Positions 1-13,400 of a DNA stretch of 64,000 nt are shown in pieces; position 1 is the first letter of the stretch, and every line of letters starts with the position of its first letter. Made by a program: the position numbers and the translations under genes. The stretch is taken from assembly GCA_963924565.1 (NCBI GenBank), contig OZ004609.1:20026001-20090000 (forward strand). The letters run 5' to 3'. The notes under the pieces were generated by a model. That model was not told the DNA's origin and searched no databases. It saw nothing but the letters and a program-made list of their open reading frames with translations. The DNA is from Ascidiella aspersa (Eukaryota).

Positions 1-3000
1 CAATTGACATCAGTCTTTTTCGCCGTATTGCCTTCTATTGCGCTTATTTGGTTTCCATTCCCGACCAACTGTTTCTTCGCAAGTTACGTCCTGGCCCGGC
101 AGTTGTTTCTCGGTCACGCCTGACCGAATGCCAATGCTGCCACTGGCGTGTGCTCGCTGACGTCACTGACAGGTCGAATCCCATCACTGCGAAAACCTGG
201 TGTTTTCTCCTAATTTACGGTGTTCTTTGTCGAAACGCCGTCGCTATGCTGGGTGTTTTGTAATTTGATTTGTTTGTCCTTAATTCATAGCCATAAATTT
301 GGCATAAATTCGGCAAGCACAATAACAGTGCTATTTTTTTTAAAATTAGTGTGAACAATTGTTTGCGGAAAACTACGTGCAATTTAAAAAAAATTATGGT
401 AATAATTACTTTCTTGTAACAGTCGAATGTTACTTTACCACCACCGACATCAGCAAATACTTGACACCATATATTATTATTATGTCGGTTCTGCAGAGGG
501 GTATTCTTAGATTGATAGTAAAAAGGTGATTTGTTCATTGTATTTTTTTACTCTTATTTATATTTGAATTACGGTAATAAATTATCTAGATTAAGGATAT
601 TGTAACTCTGGAATTTAGTTCAAGCCTCTATGAATTTGTGTGAATATGTCGTACCATTCTAAACAGCACCGAAAGGGTCTTCTGGTGTGCTGTAAAACAA
701 TAGGACAAACAATAGATCGCGCATTCGGGGAACCTGAGTTTCACTGTTAAGTATAAGTGTGTATTTCGCTTTGTTTCGCTCTGGTTTGCCTTACGGTAAA
801 TCTTCAGCGTAACTCCCTATTACACTAGGACTAGGTGGTATACAGTAAAAACAAGCGTCGACTTACGCTATTTCCAAATCTCTTAGAGTTAGACGGTGTA
901 TTTTACAATTTGTTTTGTTAAACAATAGTGAGGCGTTGTAGTCCTGGCAGGTTTGTTAAATGTTGTAAATTTGAAAGGTTATAAGTTTGTCAATTCCAAG
1001 AATTTTTCAATCAAAGAATAATACTATGTCTACGAGTAACGACGCGTTTTTACAACTGTTTATTCATTGTTAATCAACAAACATACCATTTTACAACACA
1101 GAGACACAAAAGGCCATTTGTTTAAAAAGGAAGCCGAACGTATTCGATTTTTGCAGGTTGAACTAAATTAATGGGAGCTGCCATTTTTAATATCTTGTCA
1201 TCTCGCCTTTTTATAGGATACCGAGTGCTTTTGATGTGCACATACAAACTGTCTAAAAACTGAAAAAACGGGGGCGCAAACGCGTGATTAAGAAAGAGAT
1301 CCTCGCGCTTTTTCCCGTTAAATAGTATTGTAAACTGGTCTGTAGTGTTCCGTCTCGCGAACAGGCTATAGGCTGCGGGAAATACCCAGACGCTAAGTGA
1401 ATCATGTGCCAGTCTTTCACAAAAGTAACTGGCCTCCTTGAGATTATAGCTGGCGATTTCCGAAAGAGCTCCGTCGCCGTGTGTTATTTTTTTCTATCCG
1501 ACCTTAACGCTCGCGGATGTTGATTCGGAAGCAGACTACCGCTTGTTTAGCTCTCCGTGTAAGGTGCTGTCTGTCGTGTTATGACCGAAACGTTTAGTTA
1601 GTGTATTTAAAACGCTGTTGTGCGCCGCATGTGCGCGCCAACCCTAGCCGGGATTTATCTTACTTGTTTGAATTGTTGCCGATTTCGCTTATCCATCGGC
1701 TGGATTATATTTTTCTGATCCTTGCGAGAGAAAGGGTCGCCGTTCGCTAACCAATACATTTATTTGCGTTAGAAGCAACAAGGCCGGGGAACTTACAGCG
1801 CATTTTTATTGCTCATTCGAAACGTCGAAAGTTTGCCGGTCGGTATTGTATCTCGGTAAACCCCAATTGCGCGGGCGTCGGGCGTTTTGTGACTTCGACT
1901 TTCGGCTGTTCGACAATCAACTGTTTTTTGTGTTTTGTTTCCGGTGTTATCTAAGCGAAACTTTTCTTTCGGTCCAAACCACGCTTACTTCGCTCAAAGC
2001 TTTCGATTACTTTCGCTAGTGGCAACGCCTCTAATATGTGACAACATAATTAAATAATTGCGTCTTAATCGGCACCAGTAGACACATAGAAAAATACAGT
2101 TGTCAGTTTTCTTAAAATAATATGCTTTAAAATAACTGCGTATAGCTTTTAATAGCAACCATTTCCATCGTAGTCGCACCCTTCTGGGCTCACCCGAACC
2201 GTTTTGTACCTTGATTTCGGTGGATCGCGATCGGAGGTGTTCAACTTACACTTAAGCCGCTAAGCCCGATCTCATCGTTACCTCGTTAAGCATGGTGTCG
2301 CGCTTCATCGAAGATTAGAAGCTGTTTGATATCCACCTCCCAAGGGATTTCCCCAACAAGCACCTTGACGTGCTTGATATGCCAATTGTACGTTTTGGCA
2401 TTTCACATTTATTCTTGATTTACTCGCCCTTAAATTTTGGTGAGATAATAACTCGCTTTGCTTTTATATATTAACTTTTCGTGGGAAGTTTAGATGTCGT
2501 TTGCATATAACGACCACATCCGTCGGCATGATTTTCGCGATTGGATCATTAAATGCACGCGGAAGTTTATTCCCTGCCCAAAATACACTTATTGTGGATC
2601 ACCCGAAGTGAGTCAGACTTTGCCATTCCGTTGTGCACGCTACGAGATCCTAATACAGACAAGTATTTTTGCGTCTCGGGTCTCGAGTCTGGCTTCGATT
2701 GCGCAGAAATCGATGAAGACGTGAATCAACTGCTTGTGTATGCAATGTGAGGCGCACCCGGATAATGAAAGTGCCTTTTCTTGCATTAGCGCCGCGCGAT
2801 GCCTAATGAGACTTGGTCGCGATAAGGCGCTAGCTAACGCAAAAACAAGTGTGTCGATCAGTGATGGCAGACCGATATCTCTATGACGTCACAAAGAAAT
2901 TGTAATGATCGCTGGTGACCGCGTGACGTCGAACAGTGGTCGCATTCCAGCGATGGTAATTTGGTAAGCAAGTGTCCGTCCACCTGCGCCAATGCGATGG

Positions 3001-6000
3001 CCCGAGGCACACCGAGGCCCAGATACCGCGCGCGATAAGATGGTCACGCCTTCTACAGCTGATGCCGTTTGTTGCCGAAGTGCATGGCGAGGTATGCCGT
3101 CACGTTGTTGATGGGAATAGTCTCGTTGGAAAGTTAGTAATGTTGGATGCAAATTGCAAAGGGGTTGTTTTTGACTTGACGACTGCGAGAATGTTTGTTT
3201 GGTGTTTTGCTGCGGTGCCGCGCTACATTAAAGCTGCTTGTGATTGCCAGTTAAATACATTCAAGACTTTACAGCTCCCCAACTCGGCACCCTGCGCTGT
3301 AACTAACAACTCCAGTTAGGAGAGCCGTCGAATTTTTGGCATTTTTCGACCGCCCGTACGCCTGTGGCATCTTAAATCCAAGGGCAGCGATGTGTGAATG
3401 CGGCTTTCACCTCGACGTTGGTTCTCAAAATAAGGGAACGCTTCGATTCCGTTTGTTTTCTAATACAAATTTCAAAGCCGAAGACCAGTGAGACAGCGCC
3501 GAAATATTATCTTAACTTCGTTGGCCAGTATATATTGGGACAAGGACACATGATTTCAAGAAAATGCATAGGCCTGTTGCGAGTTTGAATGTAAATAACT
3601 CACTTGGATAGCCAGACTGTTTATACCATTCACTGCGAAAACGATAAAACTGACATTTGCTACACTATACTACTGGAATGAATGTAGATAACACCGAAGA
3701 CGTATTGGTTGTGTTTGCATCCTTAATTCGGGCATACTGTTCCCAGCCAGCCAAGCTATAGCATAACATAGGGCGGCAGTGTACCACCACTGGAATGCAC
3801 CACTACAATCATGGGCTTATAATTGTGATCGCAGCCTTGCACATCACCAGCAATCGGACGCGGACGCTACCTCGACGAATTGAGCCTAATTATCCGCCCG
3901 TGAATTATGCATAGACGAAAGCACCGTTCGCTGGCCCATCTATGCTCCACCCCCCCTTTGCGCCGCTATTTGTCACTTGTCAGCTGCAATAGGCCGAATT
4001 TTGGCAATGGATGCATTCTATCACACCCTGTTTGCAGTTGGAAAGGGACTGCGTTTCCTCATTTTCCAGTTTACAGTATGGTCTAAGTTCAACCAGTTAA
4101 TAAAGAAACCGCATTTGTCGTTGTGGATTTTTTATTTAAGCCTGTACTGCAGGAAAATTATCGTTCGCTTGCTCCTGTGCTGCCGTTCACGCAAAATTTT
4201 CAATTAGCCTGTCTACAACCCTTGTTTTATTTTCCCAAGGATAACAATTTATTTAATTTAGCACAGCCAACACAAATAATGTGGCAAATTTTACCTACAC
4301 AACATGCAATATTTAAAGTACCATAAATTCGTGTCTTGCTCTAAAAGGAAAAAGTTGTCGGCTAAACCTTTTGACAAGGAGCAACGTCAGGCCATGTTTT
4401 TTGTGAGTTTCGTTGTTCCAGTAAAGGGTGGATTTACCGGTTCGTGACATTGCTTAGCTGTTTTTTTTTTAGCCGCCGCATTGAAAGTCAACCTCTACCA
4501 CTGGTTTATGGCCCGCCATGGTAACTTAGGTTTTAAGCAGCCAGTGCACGAACACTGATAAAAGTATAAACAAGTGCGCTAATGACTGGCGTATGTTGAT
4601 CATTTCGCCCTCCATATAGATGCAGCAGCATATGTTTCCTTTTAACGGCCTGTTGTTGATTCTGCGCGCGCCATCTTTCCGTCGCAGCGATTCCTAGACT
4701 ATAAGGTTGAAAATATGATTTTGTATACATTTCAATTCTTTGACTCGTAGTTAAATTGATACTGGTCGACTTCTATAGTCTACGGGATGTCGTTTGTTCA
4801 TCTTTAAGATGCCTAGTTACCTTTCAGAAGTTTTTTTTGTCATTCGTTCGTCGTTAACTCTTGACAGCCTGGTTTTGAATATTGTGCTGTTTTGTTATTG
4901 CTAATTGTTCCATAACCAATTCAACCAATTTACACTAATACATGCATTTTCGCTTAGATCGCTCTTTGTTTTCTTTTTAATATTTTATTTGTTTGTTTTT
5001 TTCTGGTTGAATAATTTACAGAGAGTCCTCTTTTTCTACCAGTATTTTTAAACATTAAGCGAAGTAATTTTAATCGTGTAGAAAGCGTCGTGTGCTATGA
5101 ACAAACCGGTATTTATTGTTTTGTGTTGGGCATTTGGTCACTGCTTGCTTGATGTCGTGTTGTTTACGTCAGAAACCCCGCGTTGGTCATAAATTGCATG
5201 TTTACGAATGGCCGCATTGCGTTTATCTGTACGGCGGCCCGCCCTTTTGCGTTTAGCGTCGTTCGTAAACTTTTCGGTGACGTATGTACTTCGCGGTGCT
5301 TGTACAGATGCAGGAAGTTCGCCCGCGACTTTCGATGCCGCGATACCGTCGTACAAATAACAAACAGTCCTCTCCGTGCAACGCACTTAAGCAAATAGCG
5401 TATTGCGGCGTGTGTCTATTATTTCAGATACAGGTGCGAACCGCCGCTACCGGAGATCTAACTTTAAACAAATTTAATGTCGATGTTCTGGCAAACACGG
5501 CAAATTTATTGCTAATCGGACACGACCTTGCTTTAGTAGAGAGTGGCACTTCAAGTCGTATGAAAAAAAATGAATTACTCCGTAGTTAGCAGTGTATAAA
5601 ACGGGCGCCAGACGCGCTTGCCGATTTACATTTTTCCAGGCAATCATGCTGTCATTAACGGGAAGACTTCTTCACGCTTGTCGGAGACGCTTGTCAACGA
5701 AGCAGCGGAGGTAAATTCGTCGACCTCCCGTCGTATATTATGTCATTAGTAGATCGTTGTCTGTGCTTGAGCCACTTCTGCCCGAGACGTATGTTTGCGA
5801 AATAGTGCTTCGGTGTATACGATTGCCCGGAAGGTGCTGGCAGCTGTTTTGTGTGCAAACAATTTTTCGTCACCGGTTTGTGTTGCTTCGCGAGAAGCGC
5901 TATTCAATGGCTTCACCAATTAGTGATTAAATGGCACTTTCGCGCAATCAGGCATTTAATGCTTACGACTTTGAAGTGCCACCGGAAAACGAGACGTATG

Positions 6001-7338
6001 TAACCTTGGCTAGTCGACAAATTGCCCAGCTGCTTTAACTCAGACCTACGTCAAACGATGCTTTAACATTGTAGAAAAGCTTTCTGCAAATGCCAAACAC
6101 GTCTTTGCATTGGCTGAAATCCTCAAATCGCTCAAACCGTTTTGCTACTCCCGTTTAGTAATCCTCATGGCCTACGTAACTACCCCTTAATCCACCTCTG
6201 CGCTATAAATTTGTGGCACATGATTCAATTAGTTTGTACCATATTGCTGTATTGAGGATTATCTCCGCTTTTGTCGATTCAGGTATACAATATCTGTGTC
6301 CAAATGTATGTCCGGTCTACTTATGCCATTCGTTTTAAAAAGAACGCGATTTTTTAATCACACCAAGTGATTTGTTACCCCAAGACTGTTTTCTAATAAA
6401 ATGCGTCAATTAGGAACGGATTAGTGAGTGGGCACTGTGCGCTTGATGCAATAATGGACGCCAAAATCGACAAACCTTTAACCCATTAAAGGGATGTGTG
6501 TCTGCTTTTAATCCGACCAGTTATCGAGACCCCGGAAGAGTATGTCGATTCCAACCCCTTGAAAAAGCTACCGTCGAGTCCGCGAGATTTTCGCCTTGTT
6601 ATTCCCAGCAAAAACAACAACAAACGCTCGTCTGGAAGGCTGTTGACTTGACCTCGCGCCCGACGCCTTATCGTACCATGATCGTCGGCCTCGCGTTACG
6701 CTCCACTGCCCCGGGAAGCTAATGCTCGCCGCCTTTGTTGTGCCTTGGCGACTTGGCGACTTGGCGTTGTCTGTACTTTACACTGTGCAGAATGTGTTCG
6801 GTGTAAGTCAATCGGCGGTGCGAACTCTGGTGTGCTTGCTGAGCCGCGTTCATTAAGTTGTCCAGGAACTGTGCCGGGTTTCAATCGCAAGACCAACGCG
6901 CGGATGCATCATTAACCTTGCAATGTCAGCGGCTGACTGCTAAATGGCCTTGAAGATAATTTGTGCCTAAAGTACCACGATCTCTCGATTATTGTTAAGT
7001 CTTTCTAATTGAATTATACCGATGTTTTTTTTAATCCAATGATGTATGCCTTCGTTGAAATCGCCCACCCATGATTACTGTTTCGCGTTTTATTCTGTTT
7101 TTTCTTTTCCTTTTAAATGCTGTTAACTAACGCGAGAAATTTGCTGTCTTGAATTGTTTTTCAAAAATTGTTATGCACCCTTGTTCTTGATTGTTGTTAC
7201 TTCCATATTGTAACAAACTTAAATTGCCCAAGTTACAATTACTTAACTAAGTGGCTTCTAAACAGGATTACGCTACAGTATTGTTTGTTTTAAAAACGTG
7301 AAATAGATGGTGTGTGCTTAACGTTAAAAAACTTTGTA

Positions 7339-7358
7339 ATATATATATATATATATAT
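7339..7358. repeat. (AT)10 microsatellite
   Basis: atatatatatatatatatat, about 95 nt upstream of the AFF exon at 7453. Confidence 0.9.
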
Positions 7359-7452
7359 AGTTGGTTTTGAGGGGATTTTTTTGATTATTTCTCTAATGTT
7401 ACGTCTATGAACTACTGCGTTCACCAATGCATCTTCTTTACTTCATCAACAG

Positions 7453-10400
7453 CTGTCGAGGCAAGACTCACTGGCGAGCTCAATTCACGACGTGTTGGGC
7501 GACCCGGCCCCGATAACCCAGGCCCTGCAGCGCCACCCAACCAGCTGGTTCGGAACCACGCGCCACCAATCAGGAGCCAACGCTGCTCCCGGGTCAAACC
7601 CACCCTCTTCCCAACGCTCCTCTGGCGGTAACGACAAATCAAAGTCGCGAGATGGTGAGTTTGCAATTTAAACCTTGTCTCTGTGCCAAGTCGGTTGAGG
7701 CACGTTTCGTGTTGCATTTAGGTGATAATGCCCCTTTTTAAATTGGACTGTTTAGTACTTTAGAGAAAAGTTATTTTTATACTTAAATGGGCGTATTTTA
7801 ATTTACTGTTAAATTACGCGGTCATCCAACGGTAGTGGCAAATACTTGTTTATAAGAATAAAAATCTCATATGCCCCAGCCACGGGTGATTGATATGCTT
7901 TGATGCGATACGATACTTTCACCTAAATACATAAAAAAACATGCAGCAACAAGCAAAATGTTGTTAATCCCATGGGAATACTCTCATTTTTGTTTGTTCG
8001 AAAGTCTTTTTAAATCAATATTCCCTGTTTTTGGGTACATTAGTAACGTGGTTATAATAATGAGCAACGTTTCGTTTATTTACCCTAGGTATCTCAGTTA
8101 TGCGTGTGTAATACCATGACGATGGCATGACAAGCGTAGGGTTAAATGACGAGCTTCCTGGGTCAACTTACATTTTTTATCGTTTGCCTTAAAACAAATT
8201 GTAAGCAAACCTGTAGACTTTCGCATTTCTACAAAAACAAAGGTCGTTCACAAAGACTTCTGGCGTAACATTAAAAAAAAATAAGTGGATACAACGACGC
8301 CGTTATTTTTTTGATAAGAGGATTAAAAGGACATCGTTACTGTGTTCTAACATGTCGGGGTATTTTTACGATATGGGTTGTCCGCCACGAACTCTATGAA
8401 AACTGTTGGTGTAAAGTCGCCGAGCCTGTTCAAATGGCACGTAAATTACCCTATGATGGCTAATGTTGGCCGCGAGCAGCTGTACGAAAATGCTAGCCAC
8501 CAGCCAAAACGTCCATTTTGTGATTTCAGCTGGTTCCTCGGCGCACAAGCACGCGCAGCAGCAGCAGCACGAACAACACCACGGCACTGCATCGCGCACC
8601 AAACCACAGTCTTCCCTTTCTCAACAACGGTAGGTCACAGGCACAGCAGCGAGCAGTATTGATAATGGGCGTGATTGGTAACTTGAAGCGTTTACTCGCG
8701 CGCCATTGGCCAAGTGCGCTGATGGTCGAATCGACTTAGACACTAGACACTAGTGACTAGACGATAATATATAAGACTGAAAAGGCTTGGACTTACAGTG
8801 GCAAGATTTGCGATTTTGTACAATAATTTTTTTCTATGAACGTGTTACTCCATTGTATCATAGCATGACACGCGGTAAACAACAGTTATAGTGACAAATC
8901 TGTTGCTAAGTTACATCTCGTTGTCCGTAGAGATTGCGAAAAAAATTGGCGGGCCCTAAACTCGATTAACATCGCTGAATTTAGGCCAACACAGGTCACA
9001 TCCAATATGTTTCATAGAAGTGTGATTCAAACACAGACAAAGAAATGACAAGACAGCTGCAGAAAAAAAGGTCTTGTCGTCCCGATGCTTATTGCGGTAG
9101 CATTTCCTGCCTGGTGGCTAATCGATTTTATGAATGAATCACAAAATTAAATTTGGGCTTTCGAAGTCCAGCCAAGCCACTGATGTGCGCACGAATTAAC
9201 CGCACCCCAGTCCCTCACAATATGAAATCACTAGGCGGGTGTAAAATGCTGCGCTTTGTGTTCCCAAAAGTGAAATCGTTATTCAATCGCCGTCATAATT
9301 ACGCTATTTACTTAACCTTAGTCTCTAGCCCTATACACATCTCGGTTGTTTGTGCAAAAGCGAACGTTACCGAGGCACTGGTAATTTGCACCACCTGGTC
9401 TCCGATAGTTCAACTTGTCGGCTGAATAAGGCCACCTTCGGCAGAGTGATGCATTTGCTGTCAGGTCAATGACTAATTCACGTTATGTAAGGTATAATGC
9501 CACAGCTGCTGTTTTAAAGCTTTTCAAATTAAAAATATACAAAAAAACGAAGTGAATCAATGCACCACAGCGATATTTTTTTTATAATCAGTCACAGTGA
9601 GACATTGGTCGTTTTATCAATTTTTACGTTAGGAAAGGTCACCTAAATAAATAGTAAATGTATCATGACACCACCAGGATTTTACTTATAATGATGTACA
9701 ATGTTACAGCACAACTTCTATCAAATTTTCGGTTCAAAAGAAACACAAAATAAAGAAAATATTCGATACACTACCGCTATCGATATATGGTAAGGCGACA
9801 GCAATTTCAACCTTCCTTAACATGGCGAGTAAACGGTCAACGTGACTTACGTCTCGACATCCGTTACACGTCAATAATATGTCGACTCTGAATATTTAGT
9901 TTCGTGCACTAGCACTACATTCACATTACCTCCAACGCTCACTGTTTTCACCGTTGGCCTTCCGACCGCACGCATTGGCAAGTGCATGGGGATGGCAACT
10001 TGGCATTTTCGGTTTCGATCGAAGTGTTGCCTACAAACCTGCGTATTCTGTTGACTTAATGTGATCTCTTTGTACATTGTGCAGAATGGAAGAGCGTCAT
10101 TCGTCGGGCAAGTCCGGAACCAATCAGCGAGCCAACAACCAACTGAAAGGTGCTTGGGCCACTTAATGTTTGCTTTTAAGTGTGAATTGTCTATTTCAGG
10201 CTGCGATTTTGGTTTTTTAGGGCTTTTTTTTTACGTTTTCGTTATGTTTGATGATGTAAATTAAAAGGGCAAACATACATCTAAAATATTCAATGTTTTA
10301 ACGTTTTTAAAACATATTTTATTATAATGAAAATATGCATTTTCGCGGAGTAATACTTATCGCCTTAAATAAGTCCTCAAAACGCGCCAGCTGATGCGGT

Positions 10401-13400
10401 TTGTACTTTCCATTATCGCCATCTGGCCATCCTTATCACACAGGCCGCGTTTAATGCGAGTAATATCTGAATCTATTCGCCCAATGTATTTACAAACCGT
10501 GTGTTTTCTTCTGATAGATTCGTCGTTTTCGGCTGGTGGCGGCTCTCCTATACAGGTGAGTCCAAACTTGACTCTTATCTTGAATACCGTACTTTAAGGC
10601 CCATATACTCATGTTTTTACATGATGTGTGCACTGCTTCAGCAAACCAATCCAACAACGTTATTTTAAAAGGGCTGTGGTAATTTGTGTTTGATGTACGA
10701 CTCTTGTAAATGCATAAGTAAGTAACTAAATACCGTCTCTCTTTCGTTTTCAAGGATTACGAAAATTTTAATTTTAATGCAAATTAGTCTATACCCTGAT
10801 TTGATGCTTAAGCAAGTATAGGCGTTCGGAATGGTCTTTTAAAAGCATCTCAAGCACAGCCGCTATTGTTTAAGTATTTCTATCCAACCTTGCGGTTGGA
10901 CGTTGCAAAGGACAGATTACACGAGATAATATGATCCCGTGCATTATGCTCCGAACAGGCGTCGGAATATAACCGCATCTTGGCTATTTTTTATATGCCT
11001 TTAAATATATGCCTTGTAGATCGACCCCGTTTATAAAAACATTTTTCTAAAAAAAATAGTCTACTCGTTGATTGTTGTTGTAATATAGATTTGAGCCGGA
11101 TCAAATCAATAATTGGCATACTAGAAAAGTAAATACGGTAGTGATTCGCGCGGTAACAGACTGATAAACCACATCTCACTTTTTTAACTCATAACCGCTA
11201 GCCTATAGTGTCGTATATATCCACCGGCCATTCTAAAGCTGATACGTTCTATTTTTCCACCCTTTGTTACCCTACCACCTAGAGGGCAAGATACTAGATC
11301 GGCAATGTAGTAACGTACGGCTAGACTTCACTTAAAACACCTAAAATTTCGCGTTTGAAGGTGAAGTTCATAAATCCGTCTGCTAATAAATTCGCAATAT
11401 ACGTAACAATTCTAAGGAACCCCGTGGTGCGTGTCGCGCCGGCCCCTGGTTGGCCGCTGCTGCTGTGTTTGGCGAGCGCCTGCAGCAGCCCAATGCCCAT
11501 ATGCTTCCTCAGTCGGGCCATTGTGCATCGTCACCAGTGTCGACCGGTTTGCTCGCATTGTCGCGTGAAAGCGCGAGCTACGCCGTCTTTGATTCAATCG
11601 CAAAATTCGCGACGACCTTTAGCCATCTAGCCATTCTATTTTGTTCCCGCTTAGCGCGCTGCGTATGCGCCTCGCTCCGTCGTCACGCCATTTGTTTGTT
11701 TTGGTTTGAATACTGCTTAAGCGCCGCCCTTAATTTAACGCCTTCTGATTGGCAGGCCTCGAGTCTTCCTCCGGCGAGCAGGGAGCGCTTGCAGAGCGAA
11801 GATATGCCAAGAGCTGTAGAACAGATTTTCCGGGTAAGTCCTCTCCTACTTTACGCGGAATGTTTGAAACATTATTTAAAGGTCCAAACAATACCGTGCT
11901 AATGTTTGCCCCCCCCCCCCGCAACGTTTTAATCATGTACCATGAAGTAGTTTTGTAGTTTTGCTGTATAACTTCACGACTTGTTAAAACTTGGTTTCCT
12001 ATGATGAAGCTTTTATTTATTTATTTTTTTTAAGAAAGTTCCCACATGTCATTTGACTCTTTTTACATTTGTCCCTTGTTAAAGTAATTGTTTATATGCA
12101 ACAAACTTCGTTTATATTCGTCGAAGTTGTTAGCCATGACCTTACACGTTGGGTGTCGTTAATACTGAACGTTCGATATTTAAATTGTCGATAATTAATT
12201 CGTTCGGGGCCCAGCCGGCAATTGACGGCAGATTAGCCTAACAATCGCTATGCCACGTCGAAACATCATTCATTTGCTGGCGAGTTCACAACCATTAAGA
12301 TCCAATTAGGCAAATAAACTTTCCGCTTTTTCTCCAACTTTTCTTTGTAACATATAGATTAATTTCTAGGATCAGACATCATTTTTAATTGGAAATCCAG
12401 AACAATTAGGCCTTAAGGGCGAAATGCAAAAAAGCTTCCACAACAGTGTTTGTTTTGTCTTGACATAATAAACCCTTTTCATAAAGTCTAATACCGATGT
12501 ATTTCTAATTGTGCCGGATCCGTTTTTTACAAACCGCGGTACACATTTCTCTTCTACCTTACCTGGAAATATTTTCCGATGGCTGCGTTCCGGGAATCCT
12601 TGATCCCCTTGGACGAAATTAGCCATTTTCGGGATAGACTCGCTTGTTTAAATAGCGGCGCCCCTTTAAACGCTGATGCGGCAAGGTATAGGGCACAGCT
12701 CGCTTTCGCGGCATGGCAGATGCGTGGGTTCCCAGAACCAGCTGATTTCGCGTACTGTACCGTGAACAGCGGCTTTGTACTTCTGCCTTGATGATAGATT
12801 GTCTTGGTGGCGTTGCCTGTATAGTACATTTGTAGCTCTCGTATTGATTCTGACATATTGGGAAATTAATCCAAGTGTTCTATTGATTTCACGTTAGCCA
12901 TGATATTGATTTCGATCAACCAAAATGACGGTGTTCGCACCGTCGATCATGACGGCCGTTTTGCTTTGTCTAAAAAATATCATCTGCGGTATAACATGGT
13001 TGGCGCAATGTGTGTAGAAATAAAAAAAACGATGCTGCAAGTTAACACATGCTTGTCCTTATGATTGATTGACTGTGGTGTGTATCGAAGTTCAACCCGC
13101 CGATCGATATATGCCGCCCAGCGAGAAAATTTTGGGCGTGCAATTTATCACATCAAATATCTAATATCGACTGAAACCAGCGCAGAAAACCACATTCGTT
13201 TTATATAAAGATAAATGTGATGCCGGACCCAGGCTTTCACAGGACACTGTTCAGTCGAATTTAGCTTCTAATGAACGTTGAATACAGTAAAATGTTGTGG
13301 CCCATAGGTTGAAAAACGCTGCTGTACGATTGCTGTAAAGCTCCAACGAAAGACAAAACAAGCATTTTAAGCTAGTTCGTAAAAAAAACACTAGCTTAAA

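Noticed and set aside
718-750. Peptide RAFGEPEF resembling AFF LFAEPYK, considered as the missing first exon
   Set aside because: There is no phase-0 donor before the in-frame TAA and no charged RERERR-like upstream segment. Probably chance.
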